In this document: piece after piece, positions 9,806 through 19,254 of the stretch
Layout of the letters: every line of letters starts with the position of its first letter
Numbering within the stretch: position 1 is the stretch's first letter
Source of the DNA: Pachysolen tannophilus NRRL Y-2460
Lineage: Eukaryota
Assembly (NCBI GenBank): GCA_001661245.1
Contig: KV454016.1
Coordinates: 928,268 to 992,267 of the forward strand
Direction: 5' to 3'
Length of the DNA stretch: 64,000 bases
Made by a program: the position numbers and the translations under genes
The notes under the pieces: model-generated
Told to the model about the DNA's origin: nothing
Database searches by the model: none
Seen by the model: only the letters and a program-made list of their open reading frames with translations

Positions 9806-11467
9806 CTATTCGCTGCAAACATACTTGACACTAGCGGTCTGTGTAAAACCGTTAAATGAAGTAGAAGCCACTGAAGTATAGGCACCTATATTATCGAAAA
9901 ACATCCAATCACCGACATTGAGGAGATGTGATAAATAAGTTTTTTCACTGATACAATCCAAACCATCACAGGTTGGACCCCATATAGAAGCTGGATATCT
10001 TTTTGTAAGTGAATTTTCATATTCCTTGTAGTACAAAAATTCTCCATCTCTAGTTAAGATTCTTGCAACTGGTTTTTGATGATCATATAATATACAATTC
10101 AAGTTACCATATAAACCGTCATTAAGGTACAACATAACAGCTTTCTCGGTATTTTCCTTTTCATTTGTAATTCCTTGAAACTCTTCTTTAGGTTTTCCTG
10201 AAGCATCAGTACCTCTTCTAGCAATGATGTGACATGCTAGGGTAAAAGCTGATGAGACCATATACCTTCCAGGTTCTGCAATGATTTTCAAATTTGGATA
10301 TAAATTTTCTGGGAAATTTTCATCCAATGATTCATTTGCAACTGATGAAGATTCTTCAAAAGTTTCCAAAGTAAAACCTCCTCCAATATCCAAGATATTC
10401 ATATCAATACCCAAGTGCGATTTGGCATATACAAATAACTCTTTTGAGTCCTTGATTGCCTGACGAAGAGAGTCCAAGTCACTAAAACCAGATCCCACAT
10501 GGAAAGCTACACCAACTAAATTCAAATCCAAACTCTTGCATAATTTCATTAACTCGACTGAAGTTTCAAAATTTCTTGATCCAAACTTTATTGATAACGG
10601 ACATTGAGCCATTTGATCATTTGTAGCAATTCTTAATAATAATTTGCAATTAGGATGTAATTTTTTAATTTTATATAATTCGTCAAAATTATCAAAAGTG
10701 GTTAAATTGACATCAACTTGTTTACTATATCTAATAAAAGAATTTGATTTGCAAGGGTTTGCATAAACAATTTTTTCTGGAGATATACCCATTTTCAAAA
10801 TTTTATCAATTTCACCTTTTGAAGCACAATCAAAATTACATCCTAATTTATCCAATAAAGTTAAAACTTTTGAATCATTATTGCATTTAATTGCGTAAAA
10901 AGGTTGGACTCTTGGTAATTTTAATTTCCAATTTCTATAAAGTCTGACAACTTCACCTAAATCACAAACAAAAAATGAATCTTCTTCACCAGCCAAACAC
11001 TCATTAGGGTCAATTTCCATAATGTGATTCTTCAATTCTTCACCAACAGCTAATCTCGAACGTCTTTTTGAATTCTGATCAAATATTTCACCTGAACTAA
11101 AGTTAGCAAAAGCAGATGAGAAAGAAGTCTCATTATTGGCAATTCCAGAAGTAGAAGAAGCAGATGAATCTGACAACATCATTGTTCTAGCGATCAAGGA
11201 GTCCAGAGAAAAAGTGCTCAAATTGGAAGAGACTGGAGTTAATGGTTGTTGTTGCTGTGGTTGCTGTGGTTGCTGTGGCAGTTGCTGACTTTGATCCAGA
11301 CCCAATTCAAGCTCACAAGACTCAAACTTGTCTTCAGTTGTGTTATTAGCAGCACGCAAAACATTAAACGGAGCTTTTGAGGAACTAGAAGTTCCAATAA
11401 ATCTTGAAGAATGCATATTAGAAACAATTGATCTGTATTGACTTAAAATTGAACGATTAGTAAACAT
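9806..11467 (-). CDS. SPE1: Ornithine decarboxylase with about 95-aa N-terminal extension
   Basis: PFYAIKCN (PLP lysine), FDCASKGEI, FHVGSG, LDIGGGF, AEPGRY, WGPTCDGLD, GAYT. Confidence 0.97.
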   Translation of the reverse strand: MFTNRSILSQYRSIVSNMHSSRFIGTSSSSKAPFNVLRAANNTTEDKFESCELELGLDQSQQLPQQPQQPQQQQPLTPVSSNLSTFSLDSLIARTMMLSDSSASSTSGIANNETSFSSAFANFSSGEIFDQNSKRRSRLAVGEELKNHIMEIDPNECLAGEEDSFFVCDLGEVVRLYRNWKLKLPRVQPFYAIKCNNDSKVLTLLDKLGCNFDCASKGEIDKILKMGISPEKIVYANPCKSNSFIRYSKQVDVNLTTFDNFDELYKIKKLHPNCKLLLRIATNDQMAQCPLSIKFGSRNFETSVELMKLCKSLDLNLVGVAFHVGSGFSDLDSLRQAIKDSKELFVYAKSHLGIDMNILDIGGGFTLETFEESSSVANESLDENFPENLYPNLKIIAEPGRYMVSSAFTLACHIIARRGTDASGKPKEEFQGITNEKENTEKAVMLYLNDGLYGNLNCILYDHQKPVARILTRDGEFLYYKEYENSLTKRYPASIWGPTCDGLDCISEKTYLSHLLNVGDWMFFDNIGAYTSVASTSFNGFTQTASVKYVCSE

Positions 11468-11761
11468 TTATACCTTCTATCTTCAATTGTTGAAAAAGAT
11501 AAAAAGCAAAAATAAGAAGAAGAAAAAAAAAAACTAAACTATGATGTTCCGTTTTTCTTTCAAACTAATTAGTTGACAATAACTCCAACTTTTTAAGTCT
11601 CAATTCTTAAAATTCAAATGAAAAATAGAAAAAAGTTAACAAAACTTTCCCCGTTAAAATAAAAACACACACACTGTTTGGTATCAATTAAAATTCTCCA
11701 ACAAATCTCAGAAAATAGCTAGAATGTTGATGTCGATGATGGTGGCAATTGATCAATATCT

Positions 11762-11782
11762 TTAATCGAAATACAACTTCAT
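11762..11782 (-). promoter_or_regulatory. Candidate uORF (MKLYFD*) in the long SPE1 leader
   Basis: ATG AAG TTG TAT TTC GAT TAA on the minus strand, about 300 nt upstream of the SPE1 ATG and downstream of a TATAAA near 11960. Confidence 0.35.
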
Positions 11783-12016
11783 GCGGCAGCTCTCGTCTTA
11801 TAATTCCTTTCTTTACAATCAACTAAAAAAAATTTTTTTTTCTTTTTTTAATTCCTTCAATTCCAAAAGTATTTTGGATTCTTACTTTACTAAAGTCAAA
11901 TCTACTAATACTATCAGTTTCGAAACCTCAAAGATTATTTTAAAATCTGAATCAAGTATTTATAAAAGTATTTAAAGTAATACAAAATGTTAAAGTTTCA
12001 AATATATTTTTAGGAA

Positions 12017-12070
12017 CTCATCTGAATTTTTCACCCGGCAAGAAAAAAAAAATTTTTCATGAAAAATTTT
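12017..12070. promoter_or_regulatory. PAC core plus palindromic double RRPE upstream of SPE1
   Basis: CTCATC (GATGAG) at 12017-12022 and AAAATTTTTCATGAAAAATTTT at 12049-12070. Confidence 0.55.
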
Positions 12071-12596
12071 TTAGTGCAAAAATTTGTAGCAAACAAAATG
12101 TGAGCAATTGGATGGATATTTTACAAAGTAATGAGTAAAGAAAGAGTAAATGAGGTTGATTAGAAGTATATAATTTATGTTTTTCAAATCTATAGCAATT
12201 TTTTCAAACTGGTGTAGTTGACAGTTTTTTTCTTTTTGCTTTCTTTTAGTTGTCTTTTAAGTTGATGGACTAATAGATGAAAAAGTAATTTACTTTGTAG
12301 TATCTCTATTTTAAATGCGCAATAGCAAAACTTTATCTTTTGAGATGGTCAAAGTTGGTTTCCATTTCAAGTTATATGATTGTCTTTGCGTATTAATGTG
12401 ATTAACGCGAGTTAGCAATTGTAATATACCTTGAAAAAAAAAAGAAAGATTTCTCAAAAAACTCAAAAAAGAAAAATGCTTGCACCAAACTTGTTAATGT
12501 CAATGATGTGCTGAAAGTGGATATGCATGAGCTAATGAGGAACTTATCATACCGTACGATTTCATTCAAATCCAAATTACAAAGTGGGAAATCTTC

Positions 12597-12659
12597 AAAA
12601 TGTGTTACAAATGTTTGCATTGTAATGGAGAAGTCGAATTAAGTGAGGATTTCAAATGA
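12597..12659 (+). CDS. ASH1: Displaced C-terminus of Ash1 (KMCYKCLHCNGEVELSEDFK*)
   Basis: The + frame encodes the terminal Y-x-C-L-x-C-x-x-x-V-E motif that Ash1 proteins carry and that the minus-strand ORF lacks. It is followed by T-rich, 3'UTR-like sequence. Confidence 0.85.
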   Translation, partial: KMCYKCLHCNGEVELSEDFK

Positions 12660-13325
12660 TTCTCCAAAAGATTACATTTTGCCATTTCGTTTTTTTTTTC
12701 TATTTTTTCTTTATCCTTTTTATTATTTTTATTTCTATTATGAATAATGATGATGGGACTGTATTTAATTTAATTTTTGGATGGATTTTTTATTACAATA
12801 TTTTTTTTTTTAACTTTTTATTTTCATTTCATTTTAGTCCTTTTCTTTTTCCTTTTTTTTACTATTTATTTGTTTTAATCTTCATTTATTGATTTTTTTG
12901 TATTCTATATAATCAACTACACTAATAATTACCATAATATATAAATTACCATTTTAAAAACCCCATTCATTAAACAAGTTGAACAAGTTGAATAAGTTAT
13001 TTATCTAAGTTATCAAAAAATGCTTTACTATGCATTATCATGCATGCGGCTCCAAATATTCATTTAGATGGGCAAAATTTTACAAACATTTTAATAAGAT
13101 TAACGAAACATCATAGCCCCACCTTGGTCTTAAATATTGAGTTATTTAAAGGGTTCAGCTTTAGAGAAACTAGCCGAACAAACTTGGTAATAGTCATGGT
13201 CTCATGCAGAGAGATTGTAGGAGAGTGATTTGTAAGAGGAGGCCGTGATAAAGGTAGTAAAAGTGGTAAAAGTGGTAGAGGTGAGGGTGGGGGTCATAAT
13301 AATTACAAAGATGATGGTTTCACAG
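12597..13325. other. About 0.73-kb inverted segment carrying the ASH1 3' end (breakpoints approximate, +/- about 10 nt)
   Basis: Re-inversion joins ...DKDGS(NF) to (KM)CYKCLHCNGEVE in frame and places the T-rich 3' UTR behind the stop. Confidence 0.82.
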
Positions 13326-15134
13326 AAAATTTGATCCATCTTTATCCCATACTTTCACAGTGCCTCTACTTTTCATCAATGTCCATTCACCTTTCAGTGG
13401 AATTCTTAAACAATTTTCATTAAGACAATGGGCACCTGTTTTCTTATAACGTAAACCACAAGAGTTACACAATTGTCCAGCAGTTACTAACCATGAAGGT
13501 CTCCAACATGGAGAATGAATCGATTTACATGAGATACAAGATCTAATGTTTTGATGACGTGGTGATCTTGGGGATTTCTTTGGTCCTGAAATTGCTGATG
13601 TTGGCGAGGTAATTGTTGTTGTTGATCCATTTACCGCTCCTGTTGGCGAAGAGACAACAGAAGATGATACATTTATATTTAATGAAGGAGGTGAAAGTAT
13701 CTTTGTAGTTGGAGTTGCTAATGAAGTAGTGGAAGTTGTGGTCGTATGAACAAAGGTGCGTAATTGTGGTGGTTTTGGTTTAGTAGATGTACTATTTGTC
13801 TTTATTTTATCGTTATTCATATTTGAAATTACTTGCAAAGGCAAATCTGTAGTAGTTGATGATGACGATAAAATTGATGATAAATGGAGTAATTGACGTT
13901 TCTTATTTGCATCCAGTGTAATATTTTTACCTCCTTTAGTAACTTTATTTATATTATAAGATGGTATAATAACATTAGTACTTTCATCACCAGAATCATT
14001 ATTATTCACATAACTTGTAAATCCTTTTGCAAAAACATGATCGTATTGTTTTAAATTCAATTCCTTATTGTATAAATGTGTATTGTTATTCAACAATGTA
14101 ATATCTTTTAAATATCCCGATGATTGATAAGTATAATTATTTTCAAATGGAAAATTAATTAATGATGAAATTTTCATTTTATCTTTATTTCTTAATTTAT
14201 TATCAACATATTCTGTAAGTTTTGCCAGTCTTGTAGAATTTTTCAATTTATTTGAAATCGAATCTGTAAATTTTACTGAATTAATATTTTTAATTTCATT
14301 ATTCTTCAAATGTTTACAATATTCTTTAAAACTTGAATATGCTTGTGGATCTTCAGCTTTAATTAAAATTTCAATCCTTTGTTTCCATTCATCATGATAA
14401 CTTGTTTCACAATCACTATCACGGCGATTCAAATGACCTAACTCATTATGGTCAATAAAAGAATTAGAGAAAGAAGTATCCGGGTATAATTTAGACGAAT
14501 CTTTCAAAGGTATGCTTATTTCATTTTCAGTAAAAATTTGAGCAATTGGTGAACTCAAGACATTTTTTTCATTTGTAGCAGCATTAGTTGATTGAGGTAC
14601 AAATGATGAAGACAATGATGGTGCAACATAATTAGAATCTGATGGAACTGGTGTTATCAGTTTATTACTCTTCAAGGCCACAGGCGATGGAGAAAATGAT
14701 TTGGATCTATCTTCTATTAATATTGCAGATGATCTTAATGGCGATAACAATTTAAAATCAGAACCAATTATAAAGCTGGTATTATTTGAATTTGTTGGTA
14801 ATTCATAAGGTGGGGATGGTGGTGCTGTCCTTGCTCTTTTAAAGCTGCCAGTGGTATATGATACATTTCCATCTGCGTCCGAATCATCATCAACATCTAA
14901 ATCCAATCTTCTTTTTTTAGCAGTTAAAAAATCTTTAGCACTAAACATTATCTCTGAAGATGATTGATCTGGTGTATTCAATGCATTAGTAGAATCTACT
15001 GTCAAATTCATCCCTGGTCTTGGACAATATTTAGAAGTTTGTCTTGCTAAACGATCAGCAGGATCACTATGAGACCTAGCATGGTTATTATTACCGTTAC
15101 TGTTATCCAAATGGTTAATCGCAACAATATTCAT
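13320..15134 (-). CDS. ASH1: Ash1 GATA-type zinc-finger transcription factor (truncated as assembled)
   Basis: [18 protein letters not shown]...[21 protein letters not shown]...GEW is the Ash1 finger. It lies between SPE1 and MTR2, as YKL185W does in S. cerevisiae. Confidence 0.92.
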   Translation of the reverse strand: MNIVAINHLDNSNGNNNHARSHSDPADRLARQTSKYCPRPGMNLTVDSTNALNTPDQSSSEIMFSAKDFLTAKKRRLDLDVDDDSDADGNVSYTTGSFKRARTAPPSPPYELPTNSNNTSFIIGSDFKLLSPLRSSAILIEDRSKSFSPSPVALKSNKLITPVPSDSNYVAPSLSSSFVPQSTNAATNEKNVLSSPIAQIFTENEISIPLKDSSKLYPDTSFSNSFIDHNELGHLNRRDSDCETSYHDEWKQRIEILIKAEDPQAYSSFKEYCKHLKNNEIKNINSVKFTDSISNKLKNSTRLAKLTEYVDNKLRNKDKMKISSLINFPFENNYTYQSSGYLKDITLLNNNTHLYNKELNLKQYDHVFAKGFTSYVNNNDSGDESTNVIIPSYNINKVTKGGKNITLDANKKRQLLHLSSILSSSSTTTDLPLQVISNMNNDKIKTNSTSTKPKPPQLRTFVHTTTTSTTSLATPTTKILSPPSLNINVSSSVVSSPTGAVNGSTTTITSPTSAISGPKKSPRSPRHQNIRSCISCKSIHSPCWRPSWLVTAGQLCNSCGLRYKKTGAHCLNENCLRIPLKGEWTLMKSRGTVKVWDKDGSNFL

Positions 15135-16396
15135 TATCTTTTCAAAATCTTTAATACCTCTCTCACAAATAACCTTTAAACTAATTTGGTCCTTATTTGC
15201 GTAGTAACTTGGGTAATCAATATGTCCCCAAAATAAACAAAGAAATTTAATAACGTTAAATTAAAACTTAAAAAAAAAAATAAAAAAAAAAGTTAAAACA
15301 CACACGCACAAAATTATTGTTATTGTTGTATGTAAGTATTAATTTTGTTCTTTGAAACCAGTAAATACCTTTTGCTTTTTTTGGTAACGAATGGAATAAA
15401 CAATTAATTGCAAATATTTGTATATAAATATATCAATATATATATGTATAAATATATATATATATATTTATATGTATATTTATATTTTCTTTTTTTCCTG
15501 TATACAAGGTATGTATGTATATATTAAAAATGATTTGATAATTTGATCTTATTGTTTAGGGAAAAGCAAATAAAAAGAAATTAATTTTAAAAGTATAGTT
15601 TCAAACTTTAAACAACCCTAATCTGGAAAAAAACAAAAAAAACAAAAAAAATAAAAAATGTTAAGTAGTACTAAACGAATGAATGACAATCAGAGTTGAG
15701 CAACAAAGAGATACGAAAAAAAAAGAGAGAGAATAGATAGATCAATAAATGAGGTTTTATCTTTTACTTATATAGGATATGTCAACACAAAGTTAGATCA
15801 GGAGGCAAGTCAATACAATAAACCATCCTTCTCCATCTTTCACTTTTCTTAATTCATGGCAGAACTTTACCTGCTAGATGAAATGCATAGATTCAGTCGA
15901 ATCAAGGGCTGGACGCTGTACATTTACGGAAAAAGTTGAATAAACTATTATAAAAATTATACATCTTACCAATAAATAAGCAAGGTTACCCGTCTTTGGT
16001 TTCCCAAAACGGCACTGACCCAAAAGCAGGGCAGATCTAAAGTTTAAACTTAGTCCCCAAATCCAAATTAGGACGCATTGTTTTGCGCGCAATTTTTTTT
16101 TCTTTGTCAATAAAATTTGACCCAAAATGTGCGCATGTGTCCTGCTAATTGTGTGCTCTTGCAGCAACAGGCGTGTTTGTTTCCTTTGTTTGTGTTTTCT
16201 TAATTTTTTTCTTTTTTAATACTGTTGAAAAGATGCCCTGTCAAATAAAATTTCCAGTTAAAGAATAACAAGTGTAAATTTGATTCAATATACAAGAAAA
16301 AGACTATAATTAAAAAAAAAGATGATAATGATGATCATACTCTAGAGTACGTACCATATCATAAAACTAACAGATAACAAATTGCTATTTATCTTT

Positions 16397-16440
16397 CACA
16401 CACACACACACACACACACACTCTCTCTCTCTCTCTCTCT
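16397..16440. repeat. Compound microsatellite (CA)12(CT)10
   Basis: Read directly from the sequence. Confidence 0.95.
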
Positions 16441-16500
16441 ATTTTTGGCTTTGACTTTGGCTTTTTTTTAATATTTAAAGTTTGAACAGCCAAAGCCAAA

Positions 16501-16576
16501 CTTCCTAATTCGGAAACTATCTGTTTTTGTCAATTTTTGTCAATTTTTCCCACCTCTTCCTTACCGAATTAGGAAG
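16501..16576. promoter_or_regulatory. Pair of inverted Mcm1 (CArG/ECB-like) sites
   Basis: CTTCCTAATTCGGAAA (16501-16516) and TTACCGAATTAGGAAG (16561-16576). They share CTTCCTAATTCGG in opposite orientation and match TTACCnAATTnGGWAA. Confidence 0.65.
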
Positions 16577-16757
16577 GAGGCAAGAGAAGTCTTTCTTTGC
16601 AGACAATAATTCTTATGGAAAGGCTGGTACAAAATATTTAACAAATACTATTATTTTAATTTTGATTCAGATCAAGAGATCAAAACTGGAAAACCGTTAA
16701 CCCTGAAGAAGCGAGAGAAAAAAAAAGAAAGAAGAAGAACAATAGTAATTAATAATA

Positions 16758-17390
16758 ATGTCTGCAGCAAGTGATCCGAGTAAGTTTGAATCAAGTTTGA
16801 AAAGAAAAAAAAATTTTTCTTTTTTTTGTATAGTATAGTATAGTATAGTATACTAACATCACAATATAGCGAGTAACGTTGAACCATTTTTGAAAAAAAT
16901 TATATCGACTTTGGATAATCAATTCATAACGTCTCCGAGTCAGTACCAAAATAATGTGCAATTGTTTAAGGCATCGATCTTGCCTCAGTTGAAACAGCAG
17001 TCTGCTGTGATTATCAATGGGTCCCCATATGCTTCCAAGACGCAATTGCAAGAGATCTGGTCAAATTTACCAATATCACAACATCAACTAACATCTTATG
17101 ATACTCATCTTATACCTGGATCCGGTACATTTATCATTAGTTGTAGTTTAAAAGTGAGGTTTGATGAAAGTGGGAAGACAAGATTAGGTGAAAGTGCAGA
17201 ATTAGTACAGAATAATAGTCATACAGGTAATACAAATGTTCTGGTAGTAAAATTATGGAGTAGTTGGTACGGGGTGAATTTGAATTTAGTCGTTGATGAG
17301 ATAATAAGTAGTAACACAGATGTTGAATCGATTAATTCTTTTAATTATAGATTTACTTATAAGCCAGAAAATTCAATTATCAGTTTATAG
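16758..17390 (+). CDS. MTR2: mRNA export factor Mtr2 (180 aa); exons 16758-16779 and 16870-17390
   Basis: Intron 16780-16869 (GTAAGT...TACTAAC 16851...TAG) gives MSAASDPTSNVEPFLKKIISTLD. NTF2-like motifs HQLTSYDTHLIPG, KVRFDESG and SFNYRFTYKP. Confidence 0.92.
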
Positions 17391-17823
17391 GTATGATACA
17401 AAACTGAAACTAAAATAAAAATTTTTTTCTTTTTTTACTTTCTTTAAATCATTCAATTCGGATATTTCTATAACGAAAGATCAAGAGATATAGCTAAAAT
17501 ATGAAACACACGTATATGTATAATAATAATAGTAATAATAATAATAATAAAAAGAAGAGAACAAAACTCCAAATAAAACTCAACAATAAAAAAAAAAATA
17601 TATATATCTAAAAAAAAGGAAATCCATTCAAATGCTAAGGAACAAGTATGACAAGATCAACAATTCACAATTTGTATTGACTTGTCTTTTTCTTTTCCAT
17701 TCTATTCAGTAAAAAAAAAAAATATAAAAAATCCACAACTATTCATTCAAAATAATAAAAACATGCTTTTCTAAAAATCCATTCATCTATCCATCAATCT
17801 ATTCATTCTTTTTTCCCCTTTTT

Positions 17824-18720
17824 TTAATATCTTTTAATCATTGGGACTTCTTCATCTTCATATCTCCTCATTGGCCTTGAACAGCATGAGAAACGTGTAG
17901 GTTCTGTTGAGAAGCAACATGAACTGAACAGCCATAATACTGATGCTATTAAACTTGATGCACATGCAGCCCAATAAAAACCTAGATATTCTGGTGAAAG
18001 GTGAGCTTCAATACCATAAGTTGAAACGTATTTATCCAATTCTTTCTTAATATAGAGATACATTCCTGTTGATGCACCACAAGCCAAGATAAATGATATA
18101 AATGATATGAAGGACAAAAGGGCAACAAAACATGAAAATCCTCTTGAACAAATTGTTGGTATAGTTAATATCATTACCAAAAATGTCAATACAATACCAA
18201 TTATTGTACATACAAAAATTAATTTTGATAAAATTTTTGCAACTTTAACATATGATTCAACATTACTTGGTAAATCTATATCTGAAACATCAGTAACTAC
18301 TGAATCAATTTCTGAAGTAACTGAAGATATATCTGTTAAATTCAATTCACTACTAATTAATTCTGTAACATTGAAAACATACATCAGTTTTGGAGTTGAA
18401 CAATATGTAAAATTAACATTCCCAGTATCATATGATTGTAAAGTTGTTCCATTTTTTAAATCTCCTTTACAATACCCCCACATTCCTATTGTATAAACAT
18501 CAGAAAGTCCAATATCTGTATCTGAAATACCAGAATCAGTAGTTAAATTTGCCAATAACAGAGGAACTTCAACTTCTGAAAAATCAAGATCTATTAAAAA
18601 AATATTAGTTAAAAAACTATTATTACGAGCAGAACCAGCACATGAAAAACATGATAATACCAAGGCAACAACAGAGAAAAATGTTGGGAAAAGAACAAAA
18701 CAAAAACGGAAACAACCCAT
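17824..18720 (-). CDS. SUR7/PalI (claudin-like) 4-TM protein, Pun1-like
   Basis: N-terminal TM, GLSDVYTIGMWGYC claudin-type motif, three further TMs and a Cys-rich C-tail. Confidence 0.85.
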   Translation of the reverse strand: MGCFRFCFVLFPTFFSVVALVLSCFSCAGSARNNSFLTNIFLIDLDFSEVEVPLLLANLTTDSGISDTDIGLSDVYTIGMWGYCKGDLKNGTTLQSYDTGNVNFTYCSTPKLMYVFNVTELISSELNLTDISSVTSEIDSVVTDVSDIDLPSNVESYVKVAKILSKLIFVCTIIGIVLTFLVMILTIPTICSRGFSCFVALLSFISFISFILACGASTGMYLYIKKELDKYVSTYGIEAHLSPEYLGFYWAACASSLIASVLWLFSSCCFSTEPTRFSCCSRPMRRYEDEEVPMIKRY

Positions 18721-19254
18721 CTCCTTGTTTTAAGTCAAAAAATTATAAAAATAAAAAAATCGTAACAAAATAAATAACTTTTATGCAAAGAAATTAACAA
18801 CAAATTCTTTCCTTTTCAATATTAAATTCTTATTTATATATATATGAAATATAAATAAATCAGATCAAAAACACCAACTTGTTGACAGATCAAGAATAAT
18901 AATGAAAATAAATATTAAATTAAAATAATCACCATCCTTTCTATTTATAACTCATCATCATTTTATTAAAATTTCCAGACATGGCATATTTTATGCATGT
19001 AATTTTTTTTTTTAATGAAATAGATCATTTAAAAGAAGGCTGGACTTTTTACATTTTAAAACTATTTTTAATATTTTAAAAAGAAAATTTAGGAAATTAA
19101 AGATTATATCATTATATCATATAATGAATAGATCAGATTAAGAAAAGGGGCATTTATTGTCCTTAATTTTTAAAAAAAGTTTTCCTTCTTTTTAATCTCC
19201 TTTTTTTTTTTATGCTTTTTTAATTATTAATTATTAAATTTTACTTTAGTAAAA

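Noticed and set aside
13229..13325. Gly/Lys-rich open frame on + (KGSKSGKSGRGEGGG)
   Set aside because: No start codon. It comes from a short AAAAGTGGT repeat and has no recognisable homology.
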